Below, in pieces: positions 12,273 to 23,433 of a stretch of 64,000 bases of DNA. Each line of letters starts with the position of its first letter. Position 1 is the stretch's first letter. The notes beneath the pieces were generated by a model that did not search any database, had not been told where the DNA came from, and worked only from the letters and a program-made list of their open reading frames with translations. A program made the position numbers and the translations under genes. Origin of the DNA: Fonticula alba ATCC 38817 (taxonomy: Eukaryota > Protista > Nucleariida); assembly GCA_000388065.2 (NCBI GenBank), contig KB932209.1; one strand, given 5' to 3'.

Positions 12273-13561
12273 GCAGCGGCGGCGGCAGCGGCGGCAGCCG
12301 TGGCCCCAGCGGCCGCCCTGTCCATGGTTTCTACGGACAGGCAGTCCGGCAGATCGCCGGTGGTCTGGAGCTGCAGCTGCTGCCGGGCAGGCGTGGCCAT
12401 GTGGGCGGAAGGCTCGCCAGCGTGGTAGATGCCGAGGGAGCTCGCGGAGGCGGTGGCCGAGGCGCCCTCCCTACGGAAGCTGGTCAAGAGGCCGACGGCG
12501 GTCGAGTCGTCGGCGGCCGGGGTCGAGCGGCTGCCGGACCTTTCGGCCAAGGGGTGCGTCGAGGCCCCACCGGCGCCGACCACCGGCGAGACCACCGGAG
12601 TGGAGAGCTGCACCGAGCGGATGAGCCGCTCCAAATCGCCCTTCTCGCCGGCCGGCGTGCCGGCCCATTCGAAGGTGAAGGCCCCCGGCGAGGGGCCGGT
12701 GAAGGTGACCACCGACGAAGAGGAAGCCGACCCGGGGGCATTCGGCGCGGCGGGTCCCCGGCCAGCGGGCAGGCCCTCGGCCTCGACGCTGGCACCGGGC
12801 GCCCCGAGCGACGACGAGGCACTCATGGCCAGGGTGACGGTCGAGGCGGAGGCCGACCCGCCGGGCGTGTCATCCGGCGAGCCGGACGCGCTGGCGGCCG
12901 ACCGCGCAGAGGCACCGGCGGCGCCCGGCCCGGCGGCCGCCGCAAAGGCCGCCGCACTTCCGAATGTCACCGGGCCGGCGTCCGGGGTCAAGCCGCCCGG
13001 GTGCTGGGCCCGGCCCATGCGCCGCGTGCGAAGGTCCTCCGCCGGGCGCATCTTGCGCAGCTCGGCCGCTTGGAGATCCGGCGACAGGCCGCCAGCGGGC
13101 CCGGCATTGGCGGGCGCATCCGGCTGGCCGCCATGCGCCAGGGGCTCTTCGATGCGCGAGTCCGGGGTGTGGAAGAAGTCATCGAGAGCCTGCTCGGGCA
13201 CGCACTCGCCGGCCAGCTCGGCCGTCGACGCGGCCGAGCTGGCCGGGTCCAGCTGCTTCTCATCGATCAGACCCTCGATCTCGGCAGCCATGCCGCCCAG
13301 CGGGGATAGCTCCAGAGGCGTGGCCCGGTCCAGGGGGTCGGCCTGCTCCTCCACGTCGCAGGGGTCCGTGCAGGACAGCGGCGAGGGCGACCCGCTGATG
13401 CAGGCCGCCACCTCCATCAGGCAGACGGGCACCGAGCTGCCCCCGCTGGAGGGGCACTTGCAGGGGATGGCCGTGACGGCGGCGGACGCCGCGGCTGCGG
13501 CCGCCGACCCCGACGACAAGCTCATGCGAGGGCATCCGCCGCCACAGGGCACCGCTGGCAT
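7608..13561 (-). CDS. RNA-binding protein with two C-terminal RRMs (Musashi/Hrp1/DAZAP1-like) behind a ~1450-aa Ala/Ser/Gly/Pro-rich N-terminus
   Basis: RRM1: KIFVGGLSWDT...VVMKDPESQRSRGFGFVTF. RRM2: KIFVGGLGSRT...MYDRATGRPRGFGFVVF...IEIKKAEPK. Phase-consistent exons: ~13561-11726, 11412-9168, 8939-8773, 8378-8106, 7676-7608. The true start is uncertain; further upstream exons near 14.2-14.8 kb are possible. Confidence 0.85.
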
Positions 13562-16500
13562 TGCGGGCGCGCGTGCATCGACGTGACCGCGCGAGGGGGT
13601 GCCCAGCCACCACCAGAACCCGGGGAAGTTCGTCGCGGAGCGTTCGCGGGTTAGTGGTCGCACGGGCAGCAGCCCGGCTGCTCGGGCGGTCGTCGTCCTG
13701 CCCAAGTGCAGATCTTCGCCATCCCCGTTGTCCTGGCTTTCTTCTGCCTCTTCTTCACCTTCCCTTGCTCCCCTCCCCCCCTCCCTTTTCCCCTGGTTGC
13801 GAGATCCCCTTGCGTGGAGCTGGTTGCCCTTGGGCGGGAGATTCCCTACTCGGTGGCGGCCTGGCAATCGGCCCAGAGCCGCCCAGGACCAGTTCAATTA
13901 TTATCATGCAGGCGCCCGGCCCTGGCGACGTACCGGATGGTCCTCCCAGATGTCCGGTTGACATGACGCGAGGCGAGCCCTCCAAGTGGAGGGAACAACC
14001 CTGTGCTGGAACGGGCGCGACAGAGTCGGCCACGGTGGCGTGGGGCAATATGACAGGGGCTAAGCGCGGGCGGGAAAGGGCGGATCCTCTCACTGCAAGG
14101 GCATCTGTCTTGCTTTCGGGCAGGGGTGCACGGGAAAAGGGGTCCGGGAGCCGGGGCGGTGACGGTCGAGAGCGAGGGCGAGGGCGAGGGCGAGAGCGAG
14201 AGCGTGGCCTATGGAGGGGTGGCCATGTGTGCCAGTTGGAGGAGGGGGCAGAAAAGAGTCTTGAGGGAGAGGGCGGGGGGGGGGGGGGGAATGCATAAAG
14301 GAGGAGGAGAGCGAGGGCCAGTGGCGTTTTGAGATCGCCCGGTGCTTGGGGCTGCGCAGGGGGCCGCCGGAAGAATGGCTTTTGCCTCGGCCCCTCGGAG
14401 CCCCTCGGGCATTGCGAGGAGCGGCCGGCGAAGGAGGGGCGTGGGAGGCCGGCTGGGCGCGGGTGCGGGTGCGGGTGCGGGTGTGTGTGTGGGGGGGGGG
14501 GGACTCGGAGGAAGTAGGGGGGCGCCAGACGGCCAAGGGGGCCTGCGATCGGTCCGGGCGCGGGAGAGGAGGGTGGCATGTGCGGCCCACCACCGCGCCC
14601 TCGCCCCCTCCCTGCGATCCGCTGCCGCCGGGCCGCGATCCACCGGGACCGCCACGCTGGGCGTGGGGTCTTTGCGGGGGCCAGGATCTACCTGCCGTCG
14701 TTGCTCCTCTCCCTCGCCCGCCCCCCCCCCCCCATCCTCCCCCAGGGGGGACGGCAGGAGCCTCTTCGCCTGAGCGGCAAATACCAGTCCCATGGCCGTG
14801 ATGGTGGCAGCCGGACAGCCCCATACGCACTGCTGCCATGCGAACAGCCGGCGTCTTTACTCCAGGCAGCTAGCGCTCGACGAGACAATGCAGCCCAGGT
14901 GGGACCCGCCGGGGGGAGGCATATGCCACCCCGTCAAAGTTGACGGGATCCTTGTGCCGGATCCTGGTGCGATCTCCGCCATGGCGTGCGGGCGGCAGCG
15001 GGAGCAGGCGGGACCTGGTGGGCTGTTTCCCGGCTGTGCCCGATCGCCCGAGAGATAGAGGGGCTGGCAAAAACGCCTGCATGCCGGCCGAGGGAGAATG
15101 CCCGCCCTGGCGGGGGAAGGGGGCAGGGCGCCTGAGGCCGACCGATGGCATGTGGCTATCGACCCCGGGTCGGAGAGGGGCTAGTCACCGCGATGTCCGC
15201 GCTGCAGGGGAGTCGGGCGTGCCCGAAGGGCGATTGCGGGGTTCGGCAGGCGGGCCCCCGGTCCATGGGCCGGCTCACCGGCCCTGCTTGGTGACAAGAT
15301 TCCCCTCTCTTGCGCTCCTTGGTAAAATCGGCATATCGAGCCAGAGCGCGAATCGACCCCTGGCACTCGAGGTAGCGGCCCAGGCCGGGCTGCCCGGCGA
15401 GCCTGTGCCGGCCAGAAGTCCCCCCCCCCCCACACACACGTACACACAGACACAGACACCCACGCAACTGTCGAATGTTTCCCATGGGGTTCCCTGCCTG
15501 CGCCCGGCAGGAGGAGGGCCCACGGGCGGGAAAGAGGCATGCCGCCCGACGGGGCCATTGTGGGGAAAAAGAGCCGGCATTGGCGGGGGCCGGGAGGGGC
15601 GCTGGGAGTTGCGGGGTATGTGTTTACGCTCCGCCGCCGCCGCCGCCGCCGCCGCCGTCTCCGCCTCCGCCAGGCTCGGGCGGAACTTGCCCCGGGGGGG
15701 GGGGGGGGGACAACGGCATCAGCCTCGCCGGCGGCCGGAAGTGGCCTCCTGACAGGACTTTGGTCCGTTGGCTGATGCCCGCGGCACCTGGAGACAGGCC
15801 AGGCAGTCGTCGGCCAGGGACCGCGAAAGGACGCGCGGGCACCGGGGCGGCGGCCCAAGGTGAGCCACGCCTTCCGGTCGCCGCCGGCATGCATTCGAAG
15901 AGGGCCAGAGTGCCGGCCCGGCCAATTGCGGGCCAATCAGCCGGCAACAGGGGCATGGAGAAGCACCCCGCGTACCGGAGCGCGGGCCCCGTTCCATGGG
16001 CTATCTCTGTCGGAATCGCAGCTATTGCCCCGGGAGGAGATAGGGCCGCAGCCGGGGCCAGGGGGGGGGGGGGGGAAGAGGGTAAATCGTGCACGCGCAC
16101 ACCAATCCCATGTCTCTGGGCCAAGGGCCGCCGGGGCGTGTCGGACTCGCCCCGGCAACAATCGCCTTGGAACATGGGGTTCGCTCCTCCCGCCCTCACC
16201 GAGCAGCGGGAGCACGGGCCCACGAACTCGGGGGGGGGGGGATCTATAGACACAGGCCACAAGCGGACCGGGCCGTTCCCCCCACCGGTTCCCAAGGGGG
16301 CTCTGCCGGAGACACTCATGGACCGAAGTGCTGGAGCACTTGGGAGCTAAAAAAATAAAACGAAAAGCGCGAAAAGAGGGAAGCAGGCAGTTTGGGGAGC
16401 CCTCCCCCGCTTTCCGGGGGGGAGAACCAATCCCAGGGGTCGGGCGAGCCGGGGTCGAAACCCTTTTGGGGAAGAATCCCGTGAGATCCGATGCGTGCGC

Positions 16501-17131
16501 GATTAACATTTAAACTGAAGTGCCCAACCGCATGTTCGCTGAGGCTCGGTCGGGGGAGGAGGAGGACGCGCGGGGCCAGGATGAGCGAAAAATGGTCAAT
16601 TTGTAGGAGTGCCAATGTTCCTTGTATCACTGGGCGACTCCAAGAGCACATGGTACATGTGCGTGCATCCTTGCGTGAGCGAGCGGGTGCAACAAAAAAC
16701 ACAGGAAGAAAAGGACAGCGAAAGCTTGGGGGAAAAAGCTCCCAAAGGGGGAGTTGACTGAGCATGGGCGGAGTGGGGGAGGGAGAGGGAGAAACATGAT
16801 GTATTTGTGGTTTGCGTATTCGTTTGAGAGAGGAAGAGCGGGGGGGGGGGGGGGGAGAAGGGGGGGCATGGCACACCCGACAAGGGAGGCACCAAGCGTG
16901 GAAGAGGGAAGGTGCTCCTGCATGAAAGTGTAGGTGTGCCACCGTGTACAGGAGGGCACACTGAAATGACGCATCGGCGCATACACACATGCACTCAGAC
17001 ACATGTACATGTGCACATGGCTGAGGGAAGGGTGTGCTGGGGTGGACATCAGAAGGCGAAGATAAAGGAGAGGGGGGGGGAGAGAGAGAGGGTGGCACAC
17101 GGCTCTCAGGACAAGGGTGGGGATGCTCTGC

Positions 17132-17372
17132 TTACAGATCGGAGTAGGCAAGGTGGCCACCGCTGTTGCCACCGAGACCGCCGAGGAGGGAGGCCAGGAG
17201 GCCGCGAGCACGGCTGAAGGCCAGGAACAGCGAGCCGAAGTTGAGGATCATGGAGAAGAAGCCGAAGGCGGCGGCAGCGCGGGGGGTGCTGTGGGCAGAG
17301 GGGACACGGCGGGAGAAGGGCAAAGATGGAGGGAAGGGAAGAAAGGGGAGAGGAGAATGGTCAGAGGGGGTG

Positions 17373-17410
<38 letters not shown>

Positions 17411-18327
17411 GGGAGAGGGGCAAGTCCCGGAGAAGCGGCAGCGAGGGAGGGGGACACTCGACGCCAGGACATACCTCAGGGCAATGCCACCGACGGCAGT
17501 CAGAGCGTTGACGTAGACGCAGAAGAAGGTGAAGCCGAAGAACCAGAAGATCGAGAAGACAGCGAGCGAGAAGAACTCAATGACCGGCCAGTTCTGGGAG
17601 AGGACCTGCGGGGCCACGAGCTCCGGGCGGAAGTAGGACCCGAGGAAAACCATGTCCAGCAGCCAGGACACCACGCCGGTGAAGATGAAGAACCCGCGGT
17701 GGCTCGAGGCGAAGGGGGAAGCCGCGGCAGCGGAGAAGGCCACCAGCGAGCAGAACCAGCTGGCCGCGCGCAGGAGAACCTTCAGGTCGGTCTGGGCCGG
17801 CTGGACGACGGCGANNNNNNNNNNAGCCGCGGCAGCGGAGAAGGCCACCAGCGAGCAGAACCAGCTGGCCGCGCGCAGGAGAACCTTCAGGTCGGTCTGG
17901 GCCGGCTGGACGACGGCGAACACGCGCGAGGAGGCCGCGACATCGGCGCCATCCCCATGGTGGTGGTGCCCCTGGTGGTGGTCGGCGGATTGCTTGTAGA
18001 TGACAGGCTGGGCGTTGGGGTCGTTGGGGAAGGAGTTGTCCCCGGGGCCGGAGCCGGCGCCGGCGTTGTCCTCGAAGCCCTGAGCGTTGGCCGGACAGCA
18101 GGGGGGGCCATGGGGCGGGCAGGTGGTGAGATGATGGTGTGGGGGCACATGGCAGAGTGGCCGGCATAGCGGAGTGGCAGGACGGCAGAGTGGTGGCATA
18201 GCAGGAGGGCGGGATGCTGGTGGGAAAGCAAGAGCGCCGGACAGAAGGGCAGGTCGGGCACGAGCGAATGGGAGGAAAGGGGGGGGGGGGGGGGGGGAAA
18301 TCCACGGACCTGGTAGTGATGATCCAT
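17132..18327 (-). CDS. MARVEL-domain four-TM membrane protein
   Basis: First exon MDHHYQ followed by a GT donor. Hydrophobic helices: LLRAASWFCSLVAFS, FFIFTGVVSWLLDMVFL, VIEFFSLAVFSIFWFFGFTFF, RAAAAFGFFSMILNFGSLFLAF; the last matches the MARVEL terminal AAxAFGF motif. Stop TAA at 17132-17134. Contains an assembly-duplicated 95 bp around a 10-N gap. Confidence 0.75.
17720..17919. repeat. 95-bp direct repeat on both sides of a 10-N gap (assembly overlap)
   Basis: 17720-17814 matches 17825-17919; N at 17815-17824. Confidence 0.9.
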
Positions 18328-18724
18328 GGTCAAGGGAGGATGCGTGCGAACGAGTGCGCGGAGAAAACCTCTGGGGGAAGGAAGCAGGCGGGTCAGGGAG
18401 GGGGAAAAGCCGAGAGGGAGAAGGCAAATAAGCGGGTGCAGGGGCGGCAGGGGCTCTGAGGGGGGATGGGCAGACGACTCACCAAGCAGGGGAAGGGTGC
18501 GAGAGGAAGAAGGGGAAAAGGGAGCAGAAGGGAAAACGCGGAGTTTTCGCCAAGATGGGTGGAAGCTCAGCCCGTGGGGCGAGGCGAAACATGGGGGCGT
18601 CTTATTATTATTGACCCCGCTCTCTTGCTCTCGCTGCCCCGAGGCCCTGCTCGGGAGTGGCGTGGGGGCGGACGACGACAAACAGATCCAGGCCCCGGGG
18701 GAGGGATGTGCAGGAATAGGGGGG

Positions 18725-19196
18725 NNNNNNNNNNNNNNNNNNNNNNNNNNNNNNNNNNNNNNNNNNNNNNNNNNNNNNNNNNNNNNNNNNNNNNNNNNNN
18801 NNNNNNNNNNNNNNNNNNNNNNNNNNNNNNNNNNNNNNNNNNNNNNNNNNNNNNNNNNNNNNNNNNNNNNNNNNNNNNNNNNNNNNNNNNNNNNNNNNNN
18901 NNNNNNNNNNNNNNNNNNNNNNNNNNNNNNNNNNNNNNNNNNNNNNNNNNNNNNNNNNNNNNNNNNNNNNNNNNNNNNNNNNNNNNNNNNNNNNNNNNNN
19001 NNNNNNNNNNNNNNNNNNNNNNNNNNNNNNNNNNNNNNNNNNNNNNNNNNNNNNNNNNNNNNNNNNNNNNNNNNNNNNNNNNNNNNNNNNNNNNNNNNNN
19101 NNNNNNNNNNNNNNNNNNNNNNNNNNNNNNNNNNNNNNNNNNNNNNNNNNNNNNNNNNNNNNNNNNNNNNNNNNNNNNNNNNNNNNNNNNNNNNNN
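18725..19196. other. Assembly gap (N-run). Others: 17815-17824, 19769-19958, 21940-22117, 27458-27472, 49539-49548, 52256-52486, 53226-53574, 57104-57641
   Basis: N-runs are in the sequence, most bordered by G or C homopolymers. Confidence 0.99.
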
Positions 19197-20249
19197 GGGG
19201 GGGGGGGGGGGGGGGGCGGGGCCCCTGGATGCTTGGGCAAGGGCGTGTCCGGTTCTCCCTGGTTGTGGAATCGACCCAGCCCGCCGCGGCCACCCTGGCC
19301 CTCTCTGGTCGGGGGGGCCAAGGGCGGGGCAAGAACGCGCGTGTGCTTTGGAGGAAAAAATAACAAAAAAGTCGGAACCCTCGCCCGGCCCAAATTTTGT
19401 ACCGGGTCGAGGAAAAGCACCTCATTTAAGTGTGTCCGGCGTGGTGGTGGCGGCGGGGGCGGGGGCCTCTTCACTCGGCCTGGCTAGGGACAGCCCCGAG
19501 TCGGGGAGAGCCCCGGGCACGGCCTGTAGCTGTAACCGGCGTGTCGGACGGTTTCACATGTCCCCGTCCGCCGGTCCGAAGCAGTTCGCCTCACAAGGCC
19601 ACCTCCCGGCTGGCAAAAGGCCGGGAGAAGGCACTTGAAAAGAGGAGTCTCACACCGCGCACTCCGGCCCCAGGGCCGCCACCACCCGAAGCCGCACATA
19701 TTTCCACCGCCTTAAGATGCACTTTCAGCCAAGGGCAGGGCCTGGCCGCGTCGGGAAGTGGGGGGGGGNNNNNNNNNNNNNNNNNNNNNNNNNNNNNNNN
19801 NNNNNNNNNNNNNNNNNNNNNNNNNNNNNNNNNNNNNNNNNNNNNNNNNNNNNNNNNNNNNNNNNNNNNNNNNNNNNNNNNNNNNNNNNNNNNNNNNNNN
19901 NNNNNNNNNNNNNNNNNNNNNNNNNNNNNNNNNNNNNNNNNNNNNNNNNNNNNNNNNNCCCCCCCCCCAGCCGAGCTCCGGGTGATCGCGCCCACGGCAA
20001 GACAAGATTACCGGTTCTCAAAAAAAAAGGAAAAAAATAAAAGAATCTGTCCCCTGGTGTGTAGTGTGTAAAGGGGGGGGGGGATGAAAATACTTTTGCG
20101 CCCTGAGGGGCACCACATTCACATACAACACCAAGTCATCTTCCCAGCAGGGCCCGGGCTTGCCGGTGGTGAGCCGGAGAAGTGATGTGCATGCGCGTGC
20201 ATGCATGCGCGCGAGTGAGGAAACGCCCAAGCACCGAGCGGGACGGCAG

Positions 20250-20681
20250 TCACTTGTCCAGCGACACCTCGCGACGCTCGGCATATCCCTCGGCCTTGGC
20301 GATCTTCACCAGGAAGGGACACACGGCAATGAACTCCAAGGCTTGTTGCTCCTCCGGGGTCAGCTCGGCGCGGCTTTGGTTCAGGACGTTAAAGAGATCG
20401 GAGGCCACTCGGGTCCCGAGGCCGAGGCCGCGCGTCTCGCCGGGCAGCACAAAGTGCGTGAGGCGGAGGAGCACCCGGCGATCCGGCTCGGGGCCCTGCT
20501 CGGCCGTGAAGTCGCACACCACCGAGATGTCCTTCTGCACTGGGGTCGCGCCGGCCGGAATTCGCAGCTCGAAGCGCCCGGCATCGGTGGCTGGCGGCGA
20601 CACCAGCTTAGCCGTGGCGGCATAGCCAAGGGGCGAGGTTCGCGGGAAACGCCGGAGAAGGGCGCCAACAACAGGAAGCAT
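20250..20681 (-). CDS. Small GNAT acetyltransferase (Acetyltransf_CG / NATD1-YjdJ-like), possibly mitochondria-targeted
   Basis: 143-aa single-exon ORF. LRLTHFVLPGETRGLGLGTRVA matches the family's TH..V....RGxGxG CoA-binding motif, and a downstream AVCPFL keeps the conserved Cys. The N-terminus MLPVVGALLRRFPRTS is presequence-like. Confidence 0.7.
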   Translation of the reverse strand: MLPVVGALLRRFPRTSPLGYAATAKLVSPPATDAGRFELRIPAGATPVQKDISVVCDFTAEQGPEPDRRVLLRLTHFVLPGETRGLGLGTRVASDLFNVLNQSRAELTPEEQQALEFIAVCPFLVKIAKAEGYAERREVSLDK

Positions 20682-21339
20682 GGTGGATGTATGTGTGTGT
20701 GTGTGCTTTCTGAGAGGGAGAGGGAGGCAGAAAGTAGAAGAAGGATAAGGTGGAGGGGGGGGGGGAGGCGTTAGGCAGTCGGCCTTGGAGCTGACGAAGG
20801 CCGGGCAAAGCAAAGGACATGCATGTCGTGGAGCAGGCCTCCTCGCCGCAGCCAGGTGGGGACCTCTTTTCCCTCAGGGCCTGGGTGGTGGCGGGACGCG
20901 GGGCGCGGGGCGCCGGGCGCGAGGGAGGGACATCTCAGCCGCGCAGGGCAATGAAAAACACACCCAAGGGCTGGGGATCTCCCCCCCCGGCCGACGGAAG
21001 ATGCCCGTGTCAGGGGAGGGCGCGGTGACTGGCGATCGTAGGCCGTGGTCACGTGCGCCCGTCGATCGCGATCGTGTCCTCGGGACACTCGTCGATGGCG
21101 AGTTCTTGTGTCCCCGGCCGTCTGCCGCGCAGGGCCGAGAGTGTCAGCCTTCCGGGACATTCGGCGCGGACACCCAGGATCGGGCCCCCTTCAACAGGCG
21201 GCCCCTGCCGCGGGTCTCCCTCGGCGTGCCTGGCACCCCCCCCCCCCTCCTGCTTTCCCAAGACACACACACACACACACGCACGCACCTTTGTGTCCCT
21301 TCTTCTGCCCCTTCCTCGCCCCCTCCATCGCCTCTCGTC

Positions 21340-23001
21340 ATGACACAAGACCCCGCCATTAGCGCCGAGTATCTGGCCACCACGCCACTGCCCTCGACCA
21401 CCTGGGGCCCGGTCGATATCCATGCCCCGGGTGCGGTGGCCGAGCTGCACCGCCGCATCGCCGAGACGCAGGAGGCCCTGCGCGTGCGCGTCGAGCTCCT
21501 CCTCTCGGTGCGCTGGCCCTCCCCCTTCCTTCCTCCTCCTCCTCTTCTCTCCCTCCCTCCTCCTTCACCCCCTGGCGCTGACTTCCTTCTGTCGGAACCG
21601 GCCAGCTGAATGTCGGCCGGGACGATTCGCTTCTGGACGCCGAGGGCTACCCCCGTTCGGACATCTGCGTTCACACCGTTCGCCTAGCCCGGAGCCAAGC
21701 TGACAGTGCGTGCGGAGGCCCGACAAATGGACACATTTGCGCGTCCCTGCCCCCACTTCCTTCTGTCGGAACCGGCCAGCTGAATGTCGGCCGGGACGAT
21801 TCGCTTCTGGACGCCGAGGGCTACCCCCGTTCGGACATCTGCGTTCACACCGTTCGCCTAGCCCGGAGCCAAGCTGACAGTGCGTGCGGAGGCCCGACAA
21901 ATGGACACATTTGCGCGTCCCTGCCCCCCCCCCCCCCCCNNNNNNNNNNNNNNNNNNNNNNNNNNNNNNNNNNNNNNNNNNNNNNNNNNNNNNNNNNNNN
22001 NNNNNNNNNNNNNNNNNNNNNNNNNNNNNNNNNNNNNNNNNNNNNNNNNNNNNNNNNNNNNNNNNNNNNNNNNNNNNNNNNNNNNNNNNNNNNNNNNNNN
22101 NNNNNNNNNNNNNNNNNCAGTGCTCCACAATGACCTGCATCAGCTCACGCACCAGGCCCAGCAGGCTGTGGAGGCGGCCTTCTCCCGGCCGGCTGAAGAG
22201 CGCGGCGACCTGGCCGGCTGGTCTTCCACCGCGGGAAGCACACCCGGCAGTACTGCTGGCGCCCAACGCCCGAGCTCTTCATCGCCGGCCGGTGGCTCGG
22301 CATCCAACGTCGGCCAGCGTCTCAGTGCCCCGGTGGGCGGTCTTCCAGCCACTGCGCCGACCGATGTGCTCGATGGCGCCTTTGCCACGGTCAACGTGGT
22401 GATCCCGCACTCGCCGGCCCACGAGGCGGTGCGTCAAGTCGACTCGCGCTCAGCTTGTGCCTGCATCTGCCCTCCCCCCCCCCTTCTGATCATTGTCCCC
22501 GCTGTCCTTGTCTCTGTCGGTTTTGTCCTCGTCGCTGCGGCTCGCACGCGCGCGCGCGCGCGCACGCACAAATATCCAGGGCCTTCGAGAGGGGGATGTG
22601 CTCTATCGCTGGCAGGCAGAGGATCAGCTCCCCGCCTTTTCATCCAGCGAGGATCGCGAGCACAACTACCACACGTTCGGTAGAGTTGTCATGTCAACTG
22701 CCACACACGCCGTACGCCTAATCCCCTTTCTCCCTCCCCCCTGCCGCCACTATGGTCCTCCGGGGGCTGACGCTTGTCAATGCCATCGCGCCCCCCCTTG
22801 GGCCTTCCTCTGACGACCCTCCGACTGCCGCCCCCCCCCCCCCCCCCCTCCCGCACATCTCCCCGGACCATCCAGCACTCCATGAGTCTCGGCATCTTCC
22901 GGCCATCCACCCAGTCTACCCTGGAGCTGGTCTTGCGGCCGCGGCGCACCGGCACCTCGCCAGGCGTCCTGGGTTGCATGTTGGTCAAGATTGAGGAGTA
23001 A
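21340..23001 (+). CDS. PSMD9: 26S proteasome non-ATPase regulatory subunit 9 (Nas2/p27 assembly chaperone): N-terminal helical domain plus PDZ domain
   Basis: Exon 21606-21705 encodes LNVGRDDSLLDAEGYPRSDICVHTVRLAR, then after the gap MLHNDL (cf. human [30 protein letters not shown]). PDZ part: AFATVNVVIPHSPAHEAGLREGDVL...LVLRPRRTGTSPGVLGCMLV*. One intron contains an N-gap. Confidence 0.9.
21581..21928 (+). repeat. Exact 174-bp tandem duplication (21581-21754 and 21755-21928) containing PSMD9 exon 2
   Basis: Both copies run ACTTCCTTCTGTCGGAACC...GCGTCCCTGCCCCC and appear identical by eye. The second copy runs into a poly-C tract and the N-gap at 21940. Confidence 0.95.
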
Positions 23002-23433
23002 TTTCGAACATGTGCCAATAGACCAATGACCCACATGAGCACGTGCCATGCGCCGGCACCTCGGCCCTTCTCATGTTCGACACACTGGAGGGGGGGGGGG
23101 GAGGGCGCAACATGCGTCCGGGGGATCTATGCACATGTGTGTCTGTGCGAGATCCCCCATGGACCCGGGGGGCGGGAGATCGAGGCCAGGATCGTCTGGC
23201 CCTTGTGAACCTTCTCCCCTGGTGTGGTCCGCCCGTAATATTTCTTCGAGCAGCGTCCGTGATGGCCCTCTCTTGCCAGCCACTCCGCAGCATTCCCAAC
23301 CGCTCCTGTTCTTACCCGCTCCTCCTTTTGTGTCACTGCTCTTGCCCCTCTTCACCGATCCACTTCCCCTTGCCCAAGTTTCTCCACTTTGCTTGGCCGC
23401 TTTTTTTTCCCCCCGCCGCCCCCACCCGCCGCG

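Noticed and set aside
17720-17919. Apparent duplication of the first TM segment of the MARVEL protein
   Set aside because: An identical 95 bp flanks a 10-N placeholder gap, the signature of unmerged contig overlap rather than biology.
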